Notes: a model not told the origin generated them from the sequence alone. A DNA stretch of 51,786 nucleotides from Polaribacter sp. (GCA_036846425.1 DAIUBY010000008.1:1-51786), one strand, 5' to 3'. Shown: positions 6,780-19,509, counted from the stretch's first letter. Numbers and translations: made by a program.

Positions 6780-9743
6780 TTAACTATTTTTATCTTCTTT
6801 TTTAGTAGTATCGTACATAATTGGTGTTGCAACGAAAATTGAGGAATAAGTTCCTACAACAATACCAACAATCAATGCAAACATAAATCCTTTGATGGAA
6901 TCACCTCCAAAGAAAAAGATTGCTAATAATACTAACAATGTTGTTAATGAAGTATTGATGGTTCTTCCTAATGTTAAATTGATAGCACTATTGATTAGTT
7001 CGTTGTGTTTTCCTTTTCTTTCATTGGTGAATTCTCTAATTCTATCGAAAATAATTACGGTATCATTCAAAGAATATCCTACAACCGTTAGAATTGCGGC
7101 AATGAACGATTGATTAATTTCCATATCAAAAGGCATAAAAGTATATGTCAAAGAGAAAACTCCTAAAACAATCAACACATCGTGAAATACTGCAGCAACT
7201 GCTCCAAATGAGAAAGATACTTTTCTGAAACGTAATAAAATGTATAAGAAAACAATTAGTAATGAGCCAAATACCGAATATAATGCAGAAGTTTTAATGT
7301 CATCTGCAATGGTTGGTTCTACTTTTAAGAAACTCATAATTCCTGCACCTTGTTTTTCAAATCCTGGTTTAAAGTTTTCGTAAGAAGTTTTTGCCAAATA
7401 TGGTTTTAAACCATTGTATAACGTTTCTTGAATTTCTTCGTCAACTTCTTGTCCTTCTTCGTCAATTCTGTAAACAGTTGTTATTTTCAATTGATTTGCA
7501 GTTCCATAGGTTTTCACTTCTGGAGCAGTACCAAATGAAGATTTCAATTCTTGAGCTATTTTGGTAGGTGTCATTTCTTGGTCAAAACGAACTACATAAG
7601 AACGTCCTCCTTTGAAATCCACTCCTTGTTTTAATCCAATTGTGAAAATAGAAATTAAACTAACAATTACTAAAACACTCGAAATTACATAAGCAATTTT
7701 ACGTTTTTTGATAAATGCAACATTGATATTTGTAAACCATCCTTTTGAAAAGTTGGTATTGAATGTCAAATTCATTTTTCTGTTTACAGCACCATCAACC
7801 AATAATCTTGTTATGAAAACTGCTGTAAATAAAGAAGTTGCAATACCAATCATCAATGTTAGTGCAAAACCTTTGATAGGTCCTGTTCCAAAAACGTATA
7901 AAATAATACCAGTTAATAAGGTTGTGATATTTGCATCAATAATTGCAGAAAGTGCTCCTTTGATAGAGAATCCTTCTTCAACAGCTTGTTTCAATCCCAT
8001 TTTTGCAGCCAAACCTTCTTTGATTCTTTCAAAGATAATTACGTTCGCATCTACAGACATACCAATGGTTAAAATGATACCTGCAATTCCAGGCAATGTT
8101 AACACAGCATTGAAAGATGCTAAAATTCCGAAGATGAAAAGGATATTTACAACCAATGCAATATTTGAAAAAATCCCTGCTTTTCCATAATATAAAATCA
8201 TCCAAAGTAATACTAAAACAATAGCAATCATGAATGAATTTATAGAAGCATCAATAGATTGTTGTCCTAAAGATGGTCCAACAACTTCTGCCTGAATGAT
8301 TCTTGCTGCAGCTGGTAATTTTCCTGCTTTCAAAACGGTTGCAATATCTTCAGCTTCTTCGATTGTCATTGTTCCTCCAGAAATAGAAGTTCTTCCGCCA
8401 GTAATTGCTTGGTTTACAGAAGGCGCTGTGTACACATTATTATCTAACACTACAGCCACAAATTTCCCCACATTATCACCAGTCATTTTTGCCCATTGTT
8501 TAGTTCCAGTGCTATTCATGGTCATACTAACTTCTGGTTTGTTCAATTGATCAAACACTTGAGCAGCATCTAGAATTACATCTCCTTCAATTGGAGCAAC
8601 ATTATTTCTATTTCCTTTGATGGCATACAATCCTATCAATTCTGTTCCACCTGTACCTTTTTCTGATTTGTAATGCCATAAGAATTTCACATTTCGGATT
8701 TCACTTGGCAATAATGCTCTTACTTCTTTTTTGGCTAATAAATTGTTTACAGTTGCAGTATCCAACACTCTTGCTTGACCAACTAACGAGCTAACTTGTT
8801 GTTGAGATTGTGCAATATTTGGAAATAAATAAGTGAAAAGATTTTTTTGAACTTTCGTAGTATCTTTTGTTTCTCCTAATAAATTATCAATGTTATCTTT
8901 TTTAAGAGTGTCTTTTTTAGCAGTAGAATTGTCTGCTAACATTGTTGCTACAACTGTATTTGCTTGTATAAAAAAGCTTTGAACTTCAACATTTGAATAT
9001 ACTTCCCAAAATTGTAATTCAGCTTTGCTTGTGATTAATTTTGTAACACGCTCAATATCTTTTGCACCTGGCAATTCAATTTGAATTCTTCCAGATGTTC
9101 CAATTCTCTGAATATTTGGTTGTGTAACTCCGAATTTGTCAATTCTACTTCTCAATACTTCGAAAGCAGTTCCTATGGAACTATTGATTTCTTCTTGCAA
9201 AGTTTTTTTAACAGTAGCATTGTCTTCATTTAAAGAAATTTTATCGCTCAAAGCTTTGGTTCCAAAAATAGAAGGGTCACTTAATTTGGTTTTTCCAGCG
9301 ATTTTTTCAAATTCTTCGAAAAAGAGGTCTAAATAATTAGAAGAACTATTTTTTTGTCTTTCATCAGCAGCTGCTAGTGCTTTGTTGAAAATTTCATTTT
9401 TAGAATCGTTTGATAAGCTTTTTAAAACTTCTTTTACAGATACTTGTAAAATTGCGTTGATTCCGCCTTTCAAATCAAGACCAAGGTTCATTTCCTTGTC
9501 TTTCACATCATTATAGGTATATTTAGTGATTCCTAAATCGATGATGTCTTTATTAGCAACACTGTCTAAATATGCTTTTTCGAGAGCAGCTTTGTCTCTT
9601 GCATTGTTATTTTTGTTGTTATTTTTCGCATAAATAGCAGCGTCTTTTTCAACTTTTGTGGCTAAAAATGTAAATGATAATTGATATAAACTTACCAATC
9701 CAAAAAGGATAGCAAATAATTTAATAAGTCCTTTGTTTTGCAT
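6780..9743 (-). CDS. secDF: Protein translocase subunit SecDF
   Basis: LGLDLKGG, RIDKFGVTQP, GPSLG, VDANVIIFERI, GVDFKGG, GYSLNDT; likely start MQNKG at 9743 since the ORF-track start overlaps a -7 element (TATATTTG, minus strand, 9783-9790). Confidence 0.97.
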   Translation of the reverse strand: MQNKGLIKLFAILFGLVSLYQLSFTFLATKVEKDAAIYAKNNNKNNNARDKAALEKAYLDSVANKDIIDLGITKYTYNDVKDKEMNLGLDLKGGINAILQVSVKEVLKSLSNDSKNEIFNKALAAADERQKNSSSNYLDLFFEEFEKIAGKTKLSDPSIFGTKALSDKISLNEDNATVKKTLQEEINSSIGTAFEVLRSRIDKFGVTQPNIQRIGTSGRIQIELPGAKDIERVTKLITSKAELQFWEVYSNVEVQSFFIQANTVVATMLADNSTAKKDTLKKDNIDNLLGETKDTTKVQKNLFTYLFPNIAQSQQQVSSLVGQARVLDTATVNNLLAKKEVRALLPSEIRNVKFLWHYKSEKGTGGTELIGLYAIKGNRNNVAPIEGDVILDAAQVFDQLNKPEVSMTMNSTGTKQWAKMTGDNVGKFVAVVLDNNVYTAPSVNQAITGGRTSISGGTMTIEEAEDIATVLKAGKLPAAARIIQAEVVGPSLGQQSIDASINSFMIAIVLVLLWMILYYGKAGIFSNIALVVNILFIFGILASFNAVLTLPGIAGIILTIGMSVDANVIIFERIKEGLAAKMGLKQAVEEGFSIKGALSAIIDANITTLLTGIILYVFGTGPIKGFALTLMIGIATSLFTAVFITRLLVDGAVNRKMNLTFNTNFSKGWFTNINVAFIKKRKIAYVISSVLVIVSLISIFTIGLKQGVDFKGGRSYVVRFDQEMTPTKIAQELKSSFGTAPEVKTYGTANQLKITTVYRIDEEGQEVDEEIQETLYNGLKPYLAKTSYENFKPGFEKQGAGIMSFLKVEPTIADDIKTSALYSVFGSLLIVFLYILLRFRKVSFSFGAVAAVFHDVLIVLGVFSLTYTFMPFDMEINQSFIAAILTVVGYSLNDTVIIFDRIREFTNERKGKHNELINSAINLTLGRTINTSLTTLLVLLAIFFFGGDSIKGFMFALIVGIVVGTYSSIFVATPIMYDTTKKEDKNS

Positions 9744-9937
9744 CTTCTTTAATTTATGTCGACTTCTTTTTTTTAAAACGTGCAAATATAGTATTTCATA
9801 GTAGGCTAAGCAATTATTTTATAATATTTATTGTATTTCATGAAAAAGTGCAGTTACAAGAATTCAAAAAAAGATAAAATAGTATATTTTTTAGTTATTG
9901 AAAAATCATAAATGACTGACGAAATTTGAAATAAAAA

Positions 9938-9969
9938 AATCCTCACAGGTTTTATAACTTGTGAGGATT
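9938..9969 (-). terminator. Intrinsic terminator after mdh
   Basis: AATCCTCACAGGTT / AACTTGTGAGGATT hairpin with U-tract on the minus strand. Confidence 0.75.
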
Positions 9970-10007
9970 AAATATTTAAATTTTATCTAAAATCTTTAAG
10001 AAGACAA

Positions 10008-10934
10008 TTACAGATTTAACAAATCGTTTACAGCTGAAACACCTTCAGCAGAAGCCACCATGTTTGCTTTTTCTGCATCATTCAAAGTGATTTCCACGAT
10101 ACTTTCTATTCCGTTTTTTCCAATTACAACAGGAACTCCTAAGCAAATATCGTTCATTCCGTATTCGCCATTTAATAAAACAGAACAAGGGAATATTTTC
10201 TTTTGGTCGCAAGCAATTGCTTGAACCATAGCGCTCACAGCAGCTCCTGGAGCATACCAAGCTGAAGTGCCTAATAATTTAGTTAAAGTAGCACCACCAA
10301 CTTTGGTTTCTTCTTTCACTTGCTCTAATCTTTCAGCAGAGAGAAACTCAGAAACTGGAACTGAATTTCTTGTTGCCAATCTTGTTAATGGAATCATTCC
10401 AGTATCAGAATGACCTCCAATTACCATTCCATCTACATCAGAAATTGTTGTTTCTAAAGCTTCTGCCAATCTGTATTTGAAACGCGCAGAATCTAATGCA
10501 CCACCCATTCCAATTATTTTATTTTGTGAGATGTTGGTAGTTTTATGCACCAAATACGTCATAGTGTCCATTGGATTTGAAACTACAATCAAAATTGTAT
10601 TTGGAGAATAAGTTAATAAATTAGAAGCAACTGTTTTTACAATTCCTGCATTGATATCAATTAATTCTTCGCGAGTCATTCCTGGTTTTCTTGGAATTCC
10701 AGAAGTGATAACACACACATCAGAATTTGCAGTTTTTGAATAATCGTTTGTGATTCCTGTGATTTTTGTATCAAAACCATTTAAAGGAGCTGTTTGCATC
10801 AAATCCATTGCTTTTCCTTCGGCAAATCCTTCTTTGATGTCTAACAAAACCACTTCCGAGGCGAAATTTTTAATAGCAATATATTCTGCACAACTTGCGC
10901 CTACTGCACCTGCACCAACAACTGAAACTTTCAT
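10008..10934 (-). CDS. mdh: Malate dehydrogenase (LDH-like)
   Basis: GAGAVG Rossmann motif; PRKPGMTR substrate loop; SNPMD, LDSARF, GGHSD. Confidence 0.96.
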   Translation of the reverse strand: MKVSVVGAGAVGASCAEYIAIKNFASEVVLLDIKEGFAEGKAMDLMQTAPLNGFDTKITGITNDYSKTANSDVCVITSGIPRKPGMTREELIDINAGIVKTVASNLLTYSPNTILIVVSNPMDTMTYLVHKTTNISQNKIIGMGGALDSARFKYRLAEALETTISDVDGMVIGGHSDTGMIPLTRLATRNSVPVSEFLSAERLEQVKEETKVGGATLTKLLGTSAWYAPGAAVSAMVQAIACDQKKIFPCSVLLNGEYGMNDICLGVPVVIGKNGIESIVEITLNDAEKANMVASAEGVSAVNDLLNL

Positions 10935-11019
10935 ACTTTTTTAGATTTTAATTAATGATTAATTGTGAGCCGTAAAAATACGACAATCTAAATTATTTAA
11001 TTGTGATAATTATCATAAA

Positions 11020-11043
11020 AAAAGACACCAAAAGGTGTCTTTT
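11020..11043 (-). terminator. Intrinsic terminator
   Basis: AAAAGACACC-AAAA-GGTGTCTTTT perfect hairpin downstream of 11068-12126. Confidence 0.75.
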
Positions 11044-11067
11044 AAAAATTATATTTATTAAAAAAAA

Positions 11068-12126
11068 TTATCTTATTCCAATAGAAATTCCTGCATTTAA
11101 AGCATTGTACTCTTGTAGAGTGTATGAAGCAAATATTTTGAAGAAACCTAAACTTAATCTTGCGCCAATTGTTGTAGTGAAGCCACTTGCATCAAAACTT
11201 AAATTTGGAGCACTTAAATTTATATTTTCTGTATATTCTTGATTATTTACAGTGTATCTATAATTACCTTGATATGTACCAGGCATTCTGTAAGTAGAAC
11301 TTCCACTGCTATATCCAAAACCACCAAATAAGTTTATAATTGGGAAGTTTAATGAAGCTAAAGCTTGCACTGTAAAAGCTTTTAATTCAAATTCTGCTGA
11401 GGCATTATTGATTATTAAATCTGCTGTGTTTTGATTTTCTATTCCGTATGTTAAATCCATGGTTGTATAAGCAGCTAATAAAGAAACGTGTAAAGGAGTT
11501 TTATCCATAGGCCCAAACCAACTTGTGATTTCTTTTTTCAAACCTAAACCTAACATATTTACTTGACCACCATCATCTCCAATATTAATTTTTGGAACGA
11601 TTCTTAACATCCCTTCTAATTTCCATGGTAATCCAACATTCAATTGTGCAATTGGTGCAGGAATAGCATTCATTGGAAGATCATCTTTTAATCCTCCTGG
11701 AAGTGTTAAACCAGCAGTTACCACTTGTGATTGACCAAAAACAGGTGAATTTGGATTTTGAATAGTTACTGTTCTAGTTACTGTTAAATTAGTTTGTGTT
11801 CCAACACCCGCAAAAGAAGGTGCAGTAGAAGCTCCAGAAATTGAGGAAAGTCCAACAAGGCTGAAAATTTCTTTTTCTGAAGGAACCATTGAAGCACTCA
11901 ACCCCAAGGTTAAATCAAAACCAAGAACTTTGTGGACTTTGGCAGTATGAGCCCATCCATTGTTCATTCCATAAATAAAACCTTCCATGGCAGGTGCAAA
12001 ATAGCCCTCCATAATTTTATTTACATCACTACCAGCAGCAAGCAAAATTGATTCAAATCCATCTTGTGCTTTAGTGTTAAAAGACAAGGCAAATACGCCC
12101 ATAAAAATTAAAATATACTTTTTCAT
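11068..12126 (-). CDS. Exported outer-membrane beta-barrel-like protein (DUF6588-like)
   Basis: Signal peptide (TKA/Q); GMNNGW..AKVHKVLGFDLT; amphipathic C-terminal strands; family name from recall. Confidence 0.6.
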   Translation of the reverse strand: MKKYILIFMGVFALSFNTKAQDGFESILLAAGSDVNKIMEGYFAPAMEGFIYGMNNGWAHTAKVHKVLGFDLTLGLSASMVPSEKEIFSLVGLSSISGASTAPSFAGVGTQTNLTVTRTVTIQNPNSPVFGQSQVVTAGLTLPGGLKDDLPMNAIPAPIAQLNVGLPWKLEGMLRIVPKINIGDDGGQVNMLGLGLKKEITSWFGPMDKTPLHVSLLAAYTTMDLTYGIENQNTADLIINNASAEFELKAFTVQALASLNFPIINLFGGFGYSSGSSTYRMPGTYQGNYRYTVNNQEYTENINLSAPNLSFDASGFTTTIGARLSLGFFKIFASYTLQEYNALNAGISIGIR

Positions 12127-12233
12127 TGTTTAAAGATTTGGTTAATTTTTTCTTAAATTTTATGTAAAGATAAAAAAAAATACACACCTTTTTAAAAAGG
12201 CATGTATTATTTAAATTTTCTTATTGAAAAAAG

Positions 12234-14222
<1,989 letters not shown>

Positions 14223-14366
14223 TTATAGATTGATTTCAAGACTTTTTAACGAGATTATCATAAAAATGTCAACATTTGTTAAAAACAAAAAAGTGTCTTA
14301 AATCGCTTAAAAACGCCTTTATTTTTTAAATCTGAATTTTTTATGATTATTAAAATTATTGAAAAT

Positions 14367-14395
14367 AAAAAAATCCCGCAAAAGCGAGATTTTGA
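14367..14395 (-). terminator. Intrinsic terminator after gatB-aspS
   Basis: AAAATCCCGC-AAAA-GCGAGATTTT imperfect hairpin with U-tract on the minus strand. Confidence 0.65.
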
Positions 14396-14417
14396 GTTTA
14401 TTTTTATTTTTCGATGG

Positions 14418-17400
14418 TTACTTTTTAATCACTTTTACGTTCATTTCTTCTACTTTTTTGTCAGAAAGTGGAGAAGGACTTCCAAAAAGTAAATCTTCTG
14501 AAGTTCCTGTTTTTGGAAAAGCCATTACTTCTCTGATGGATGATTTTTTCTCTAAAATCATCATCAAACGATCTATTCCCCATGCAATTCCTCCATGAGG
14601 AGGTGCTCCATATTGAAAAGCTTTGTACATGGTTCCAACACTTTTAAGCATTTCTTCTTTGTTGTAACCCATGTTTTTGTAGGTTGCTTCTAAGATTTCT
14701 GATTTGTGAGCTCTCACAGATCCTCCACCAATTTCATAACCATTTAAAATCAAATCATATTGTTGCGCAATGATACTTCCAATTTCAGCATCATTTCCAT
14801 TCAAATGTTTTTCTAAATCTTTTACAGCTGGCATTGAAAAAGGGTTGTGTGTAAAAGTCCATCTGCCATCATCATTTTTTTCGAACATTGGAAAATCAAT
14901 CACCCAAGCTGGTCTTAATTCTTTTGGATTGATGAGTTTCAGTATTTTTCCCATTTCTTGACGAACTGCATCCAACGCTTTGTTTGCAGTTGCATAATCA
15001 GCAGCTGAGAAAAATACAATATCACCAATTTGAGCATTTGTAGCTTTGATAATATTTGCTGCAATTTCTTCTCCTAAAAATTTGATAATTGGTGATTGTA
15101 ACTCATTTTCATTCACAATAATATATGCCAAACCACCCAAACCATGTTGCTGAGCAATGGCTGTCAAATTTTCAATTTGTCCTTTTGACATTCGTTTATT
15201 GCCTTGCTCTTTTGCAGGAACTTTGATACATTTTACGATTCCTCCGTCTTCAATTGGTTTGCTAAAAACCTGAAAAGTGGTTTCTTTTACAATATCAGTA
15301 ATGTCTTGCATTTGCAATCCAAAACGCAAATCTGGTCTGTCACAGCCATAAAAATCCATGGCTTCCTTGTAAGTGATGATTTCAAAAGGTTTTAAAATCC
15401 ATTGATTTCCATAGATTTTAGTGACTACTTCATTGAACAATTTGGTGTTCAAATCAATGATTTTTTGCATGCTCGTAAACGCCATTTCCATATCTAATTG
15501 CGTGAATTCTGGTTGACGATCTCCACGTGAATCTTCGTCTCTAAAACAACGCGCTATTTGAAAATATTTCTCAAAACCACCAACCATCAACATTTGTTTG
15601 AATTGTTGTGGCGCTTGTGGTAACGTGTAAAATGAACCTGCTTGTTTTCTGGTTGGAACAATAAATTCTCTTGCGCCTTCGTCAGTTCCAGCTGTTAAAA
15701 TGGGTGTTTCAATTTCTAAGAATTCTTCTTCATCCAATAAATCTCGCAATAATTTAATCACTCTGTGACGATTGATAATTGCCTTGCGAACTTCCTCATT
15801 TCGATGATCTAAAAACTTATATTGAAAACGAATTGTTTCATTCGATTTTGTTGCTTTTTTTATTTCAAAAGGCAATGTTTTTGAAAGGTTTAAAATTTCT
15901 AAAACATTGGTTTCTAGCTCAATTTTTCCTGTTCTTAAGCCTGAATTGTAGTCGTCTTCATTTCTTTGAACTACTTTTCCTGAAACTAAAATCACAGTTT
16001 CTGGTTTTAATTTTACCAATTCATCCAAATTTGGAAACGTTTCTCTGCTCAAACGAACTTGAAAAATCTCGTAACTAGAATCTCTAACATCAATAAAAAT
16101 CAATTCTCCATGATCGCGAACACTTGAAACCCAACCTGATAACGTAACTTCTTGAATGATTGATTTTTCTGAAAGTTCGTTAATTTTATGAGTTCTGTAA
16201 TTCTCTTTGATGATGATTGGAATTTGTGGCAATTCGTCTTCTTGGTTATTTTCAGATTTTTTGCTTTTAACTTTTATGATGGAATTAATTGCGCTGTTTT
16301 CAGTTGATAAAGTTTCTGAAGCACCTTCTAATTGCTTCAAAATTTCTTCACGAACTATTTTCCCGGAAGCGCCTTTTCCAATAATTGCAATTACTTTTCC
16401 AACTAAAATTCCTGATTTTCCTTCGTTTCCAGATTTGATTTCATTTGCAATTGCCGCATTTTCTTGAATCACTTTTTGAACAGCTGCAACTATTTTTTCA
16501 CTCGAAATCGTTTTTTCATCAAAATATTTATTATAGTCAAAAGTTTGGTCTTTCAAATAGTTTAAAATGGCATTTTGAACTAAAACAGCTGTGATTTTTT
16601 CTTCTTTAAAAAGTTGGAAAATCTCAATCAAATGAGAAATATTGTGAATGTTTTTATATTCGTCAGCACCAATATTATTGACCAATGTTTTGGCTACAAA
16701 TGATGGATCTTTTATCACATTATTAATTGCCATAAAAGCTTCTGAGCGAACAGAATCTGCTGTAAAAAATTTGGCATCTTGAGGCAAAACTCCGCCTTTT
16801 ATCAAAATAGATTCCACTGCAAAAGGCAATGAACTAATATCCACTTTAATGGAATCAATGGCATTTTTGATGTTTACAAAAGGAATATCTGGTTCAGCAA
16901 TAAAACGATAGTCCGCTTCAAATTCCTTTTTACGCATCGTTTTAGTTTGCTTCAAATCAGCATCAAATAAAACCGTGGTTTGATCTGGTCTGAATTCTTT
17001 ATTTTCAATATAATAATTCAATTGTTTTTCAACTTCTTCTTTCAAAGCTTCCACCATAAATTTGAAAGAATTGAGGTTTTTAATCTCCGTTCTTGGATTC
17101 AAATTGTAGCTGTGTTTTTTTCTAAGTGAAACTGAAACATCCGATTTGAATTCGCCTTTTTCTAAATTTGCTTCAGAAATTTTTAAATTTTGAACAATTC
17201 GCTGAATATATTGCGCATAAATTGAGGCATCTTCAATGTGACGAATGCAAGGATCTGTCACAATTTCTATCAAAGGAACTCCAGCTTTGTTAAAATCAAC
17301 TAACGAAATCTCTTTTTCGTGCATCAATTTTGCAGCATCTTCTTCAATGTGAACTTGCGTCAAACTTACTGTAAATTGCGAACCATCATTTCTGAAACAA

Positions 17401-17756
17401 GAAACTTTACCATCAGGAATTATGGGATTGTGAAATTGCGTAATTTGAATATTTTTTGGATTATCAGGATATTCGTAATGTTTTCTATCCCAAGAAATTA
17501 CCTCATTAGAAAAACTTGAGTTTACGGCTTTTCCAAAATAAATTGCTTTTTTAATCGCTTCTTTATTAACGGCTGGTAAAACGCCCATTTGTCCTGTGCA
17601 AACTGAGCAAATATGTTGGTTTGGTTGCTCAATTTCTTGATTTGGACACGAACAAAACAACTTGGTTTTTGTGTTCAAACGCACATGAGTTTCCAAGCCA
17701 ATCACTAGCTCCAATTCATGTTTTTTAAGCAATTCGTTCAATTGTTCTAGTTCCAT
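14418..17756 (-). CDS. gatB/aspS: Bifunctional GatB / aspartyl-tRNA synthetase (probably non-discriminating) fusion
   Basis: GatB: VIGLETHV, TKLFCSC, C..C.G.MGVLP, HIEEDAAK, PLIEIVTDP, EIKNLNSF; linker about 16200-16325; AspRS: YRTH, RDHG, LPQAPQQFKQ, FRDEDSRGDRQPEFTQLD, GAPPHGGIAWGIDRL. Confidence 0.95.
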   Translation of the reverse strand: MELEQLNELLKKHELELVIGLETHVRLNTKTKLFCSCPNQEIEQPNQHICSVCTGQMGVLPAVNKEAIKKAIYFGKAVNSSFSNEVISWDRKHYEYPDNPKNIQITQFHNPIIPDGKVSCFRNDGSQFTVSLTQVHIEEDAAKLMHEKEISLVDFNKAGVPLIEIVTDPCIRHIEDASIYAQYIQRIVQNLKISEANLEKGEFKSDVSVSLRKKHSYNLNPRTEIKNLNSFKFMVEALKEEVEKQLNYYIENKEFRPDQTTVLFDADLKQTKTMRKKEFEADYRFIAEPDIPFVNIKNAIDSIKVDISSLPFAVESILIKGGVLPQDAKFFTADSVRSEAFMAINNVIKDPSFVAKTLVNNIGADEYKNIHNISHLIEIFQLFKEEKITAVLVQNAILNYLKDQTFDYNKYFDEKTISSEKIVAAVQKVIQENAAIANEIKSGNEGKSGILVGKVIAIIGKGASGKIVREEILKQLEGASETLSTENSAINSIIKVKSKKSENNQEDELPQIPIIIKENYRTHKINELSEKSIIQEVTLSGWVSSVRDHGELIFIDVRDSSYEIFQVRLSRETFPNLDELVKLKPETVILVSGKVVQRNEDDYNSGLRTGKIELETNVLEILNLSKTLPFEIKKATKSNETIRFQYKFLDHRNEEVRKAIINRHRVIKLLRDLLDEEEFLEIETPILTAGTDEGAREFIVPTRKQAGSFYTLPQAPQQFKQMLMVGGFEKYFQIARCFRDEDSRGDRQPEFTQLDMEMAFTSMQKIIDLNTKLFNEVVTKIYGNQWILKPFEIITYKEAMDFYGCDRPDLRFGLQMQDITDIVKETTFQVFSKPIEDGGIVKCIKVPAKEQGNKRMSKGQIENLTAIAQQHGLGGLAYIIVNENELQSPIIKFLGEEIAANIIKATNAQIGDIVFFSAADYATANKALDAVRQEMGKILKLINPKELRPAWVIDFPMFEKNDDGRWTFTHNPFSMPAVKDLEKHLNGNDAEIGSIIAQQYDLILNGYEIGGGSVRAHKSEILEATYKNMGYNKEEMLKSVGTMYKAFQYGAPPHGGIAWGIDRLMMILEKKSSIREVMAFPKTGTSEDLLFGSPSPLSDKKVEEMNVKVIKK

Positions 17757-19172
17757 TTATAAAGCTTCTTTTAAGAAGTTTGCGAATTTTAATAACAAAA
17801 TATCGTTGTTTTTTGCGGCTGTTAATTGAATACCTGTAGCTGTTCCTTGAGGAATTGTTAAGGTTGGCAATTGACCCAAACTAAATCCAACTGTATAAGC
17901 ATCAGACAAATACATGGCTAATGGATTTTTTAAACTATCACCAATTTTTGGTGGAGAATTTGGTGTTACAGGAGATAAAATAACATCCACTTCTTGAAAA
18001 TCTTTTTCGAAATTTTCAGCAATTTGATCTCTTATACTCAATGCTTTTGTATAAATTTCATCAGAAAAACCTTGAGACAAAACTTGATTTCCACCAACAA
18101 TTCTGCGTTTTGTTTCTTCCGAAAAATTTTCCGAACGCGTAATGGAATAGCTTTCTTTTAAGTTTTTTCCTTCCATTCTGTTGCCATAATTGCTGCCATC
18201 CAATCTTGATAAATTGGAAGCAGTTTCAGCCATAGCCAATGTATAATAAGTAGAAACTAAAGTTTCTGAATCAAAGAAATCCAATACTTTTACGTTAATT
18301 CCTTTTGATTTTATTTTGTCAATAGCTGTTAAAAAATCTGATTTTATAGTTGCATCAATAGCATCATTTTCGATGAAATTTTTAAAATATCCAATGGTTT
18401 TGATGTCATCATATTTTGAGATTTCTTCTTTAGAAATTTCACTAGAAACATAAGTTGTTTGGTCTTTTACATCAACACCACTAATCACATTTAGAACAAT
18501 TCTGACATCTTCAATAGAAGTTGTAATTGGTCCAACACAATCTGTAGAAGAAGCGTATGCAAGCAATCCAAAACGAGAAACTCTTCCATAAGTTGGTTTC
18601 AAACCATAGACTTTATTGTATCCTGAAGGTTGTCTTACAGATCCACCTGTGTCACCACCAATGGAAAAAGCGGCAAAGTTTTTTGCGACATTTACAGCAG
18701 AACCACCACTTGAACCACCTGCAACTAAATCTGTGTTTAGAGCATTTTTTACAGCACCAAAAATGGTATTTTCTGAAGACGAACCATGACCAAAACTATC
18801 ACAATTTTCTTTTACTATTGGAATTGCGCCAGCATCAATTAATTTTTGAATGGCTGTTGCAGTATAAGCTGATTTGTAGTTTTTTAAAAACGCTGAACTT
18901 GCAGTTGTATAAGTTCCTTGCAACATGTATACATCTTTGACTCCAAAAGGAATTCCTTCTAATAAGCCAATATCTTGTCCATTTTTTATTTTTTCATCCA
19001 CTTTTTTTGCTTTTTCTAAAGCCAAATTCTCTAAAAGTGAATTTACTGTATTGTATGAATTTGGTTTTAAAGAGGCTAATTTTGCTTGTATCAAATCAAT
19101 ACAAGATATTTTTTTTTCAACCAATTGTTGATGAATTTCTCTAATTTGTGATTCCATAAAATTATTCTTCAA
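17757..19172 (-). CDS. gatA: Asp/Glu-tRNA amidotransferase subunit A
   Basis: Amidase signature GVKD, GGSSGGSA, DTGGSVRQP, GLKPTYGRVSRFG; SNLSRLDG, ETKRRI, PLAMYLSD. Confidence 0.93.
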   Translation of the reverse strand: MKNNFMESQIREIHQQLVEKKISCIDLIQAKLASLKPNSYNTVNSLLENLALEKAKKVDEKIKNGQDIGLLEGIPFGVKDVYMLQGTYTTASSAFLKNYKSAYTATAIQKLIDAGAIPIVKENCDSFGHGSSSENTIFGAVKNALNTDLVAGGSSGGSAVNVAKNFAAFSIGGDTGGSVRQPSGYNKVYGLKPTYGRVSRFGLLAYASSTDCVGPITTSIEDVRIVLNVISGVDVKDQTTYVSSEISKEEISKYDDIKTIGYFKNFIENDAIDATIKSDFLTAIDKIKSKGINVKVLDFFDSETLVSTYYTLAMAETASNLSRLDGSNYGNRMEGKNLKESYSITRSENFSEETKRRIVGGNQVLSQGFSDEIYTKALSIRDQIAENFEKDFQEVDVILSPVTPNSPPKIGDSLKNPLAMYLSDAYTVGFSLGQLPTLTIPQGTATGIQLTAAKNNDILLLKFANFLKEAL

Positions 19173-19431
19173 TCACTTTGGATACTACTAAATATCCTTT
19201 TTTTTCTTTTGGGAAGTTTTCGATGATGATTTTTTTTTCTAAATCAGAACTTTCAACCACAATATCTTCTCTCAATTCGTCTAATGAAACTGCATTTTGA
19301 TGATTTTTTGAATAAAAATTGTTTGATGAAGTATTGGAATTCTTTATAACCTCAAATAATTTTGAGACAGTCTCAGAAGGTTTTGCCCCTTTGATACTTG
19401 ATAAAACATCCACAGTCATTATTTTATTCAT
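19162..19431 (-). CDS. gatC: Divergent amidotransferase subunit C
   Basis: 89 aa from ATG 19431; C-terminal LREDIV..S..ENFPKEKKGYLVVSKVIE resembles GatC; overlaps gatA start; -7 element TAGTTTTG (minus strand, 19471-19478) argues against the TTG start at 19473. Confidence 0.75.
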   Translation of the reverse strand: MNKIMTVDVLSSIKGAKPSETVSKLFEVIKNSNTSSNNFYSKNHQNAVSLDELREDIVVESSDLEKKIIIENFPKEKKGYLVVSKVIEE

Positions 19432-19509
19432 CTCGATATTTTTTGAATTTTTGCCAGTTATTTTGGTCGTCAAAACTACAAAAGTTTTATGACTGAATAA
19501 ACTTTCTAT

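Noticed and set aside
6892..9336. Plus-strand ORFs antisense to secDF, and similar short ORFs overlapping gyrB, gatB/aspS, trp and macroglobulin genes
   Set aside because: Shadow frames of well-supported genes with no recognisable motifs
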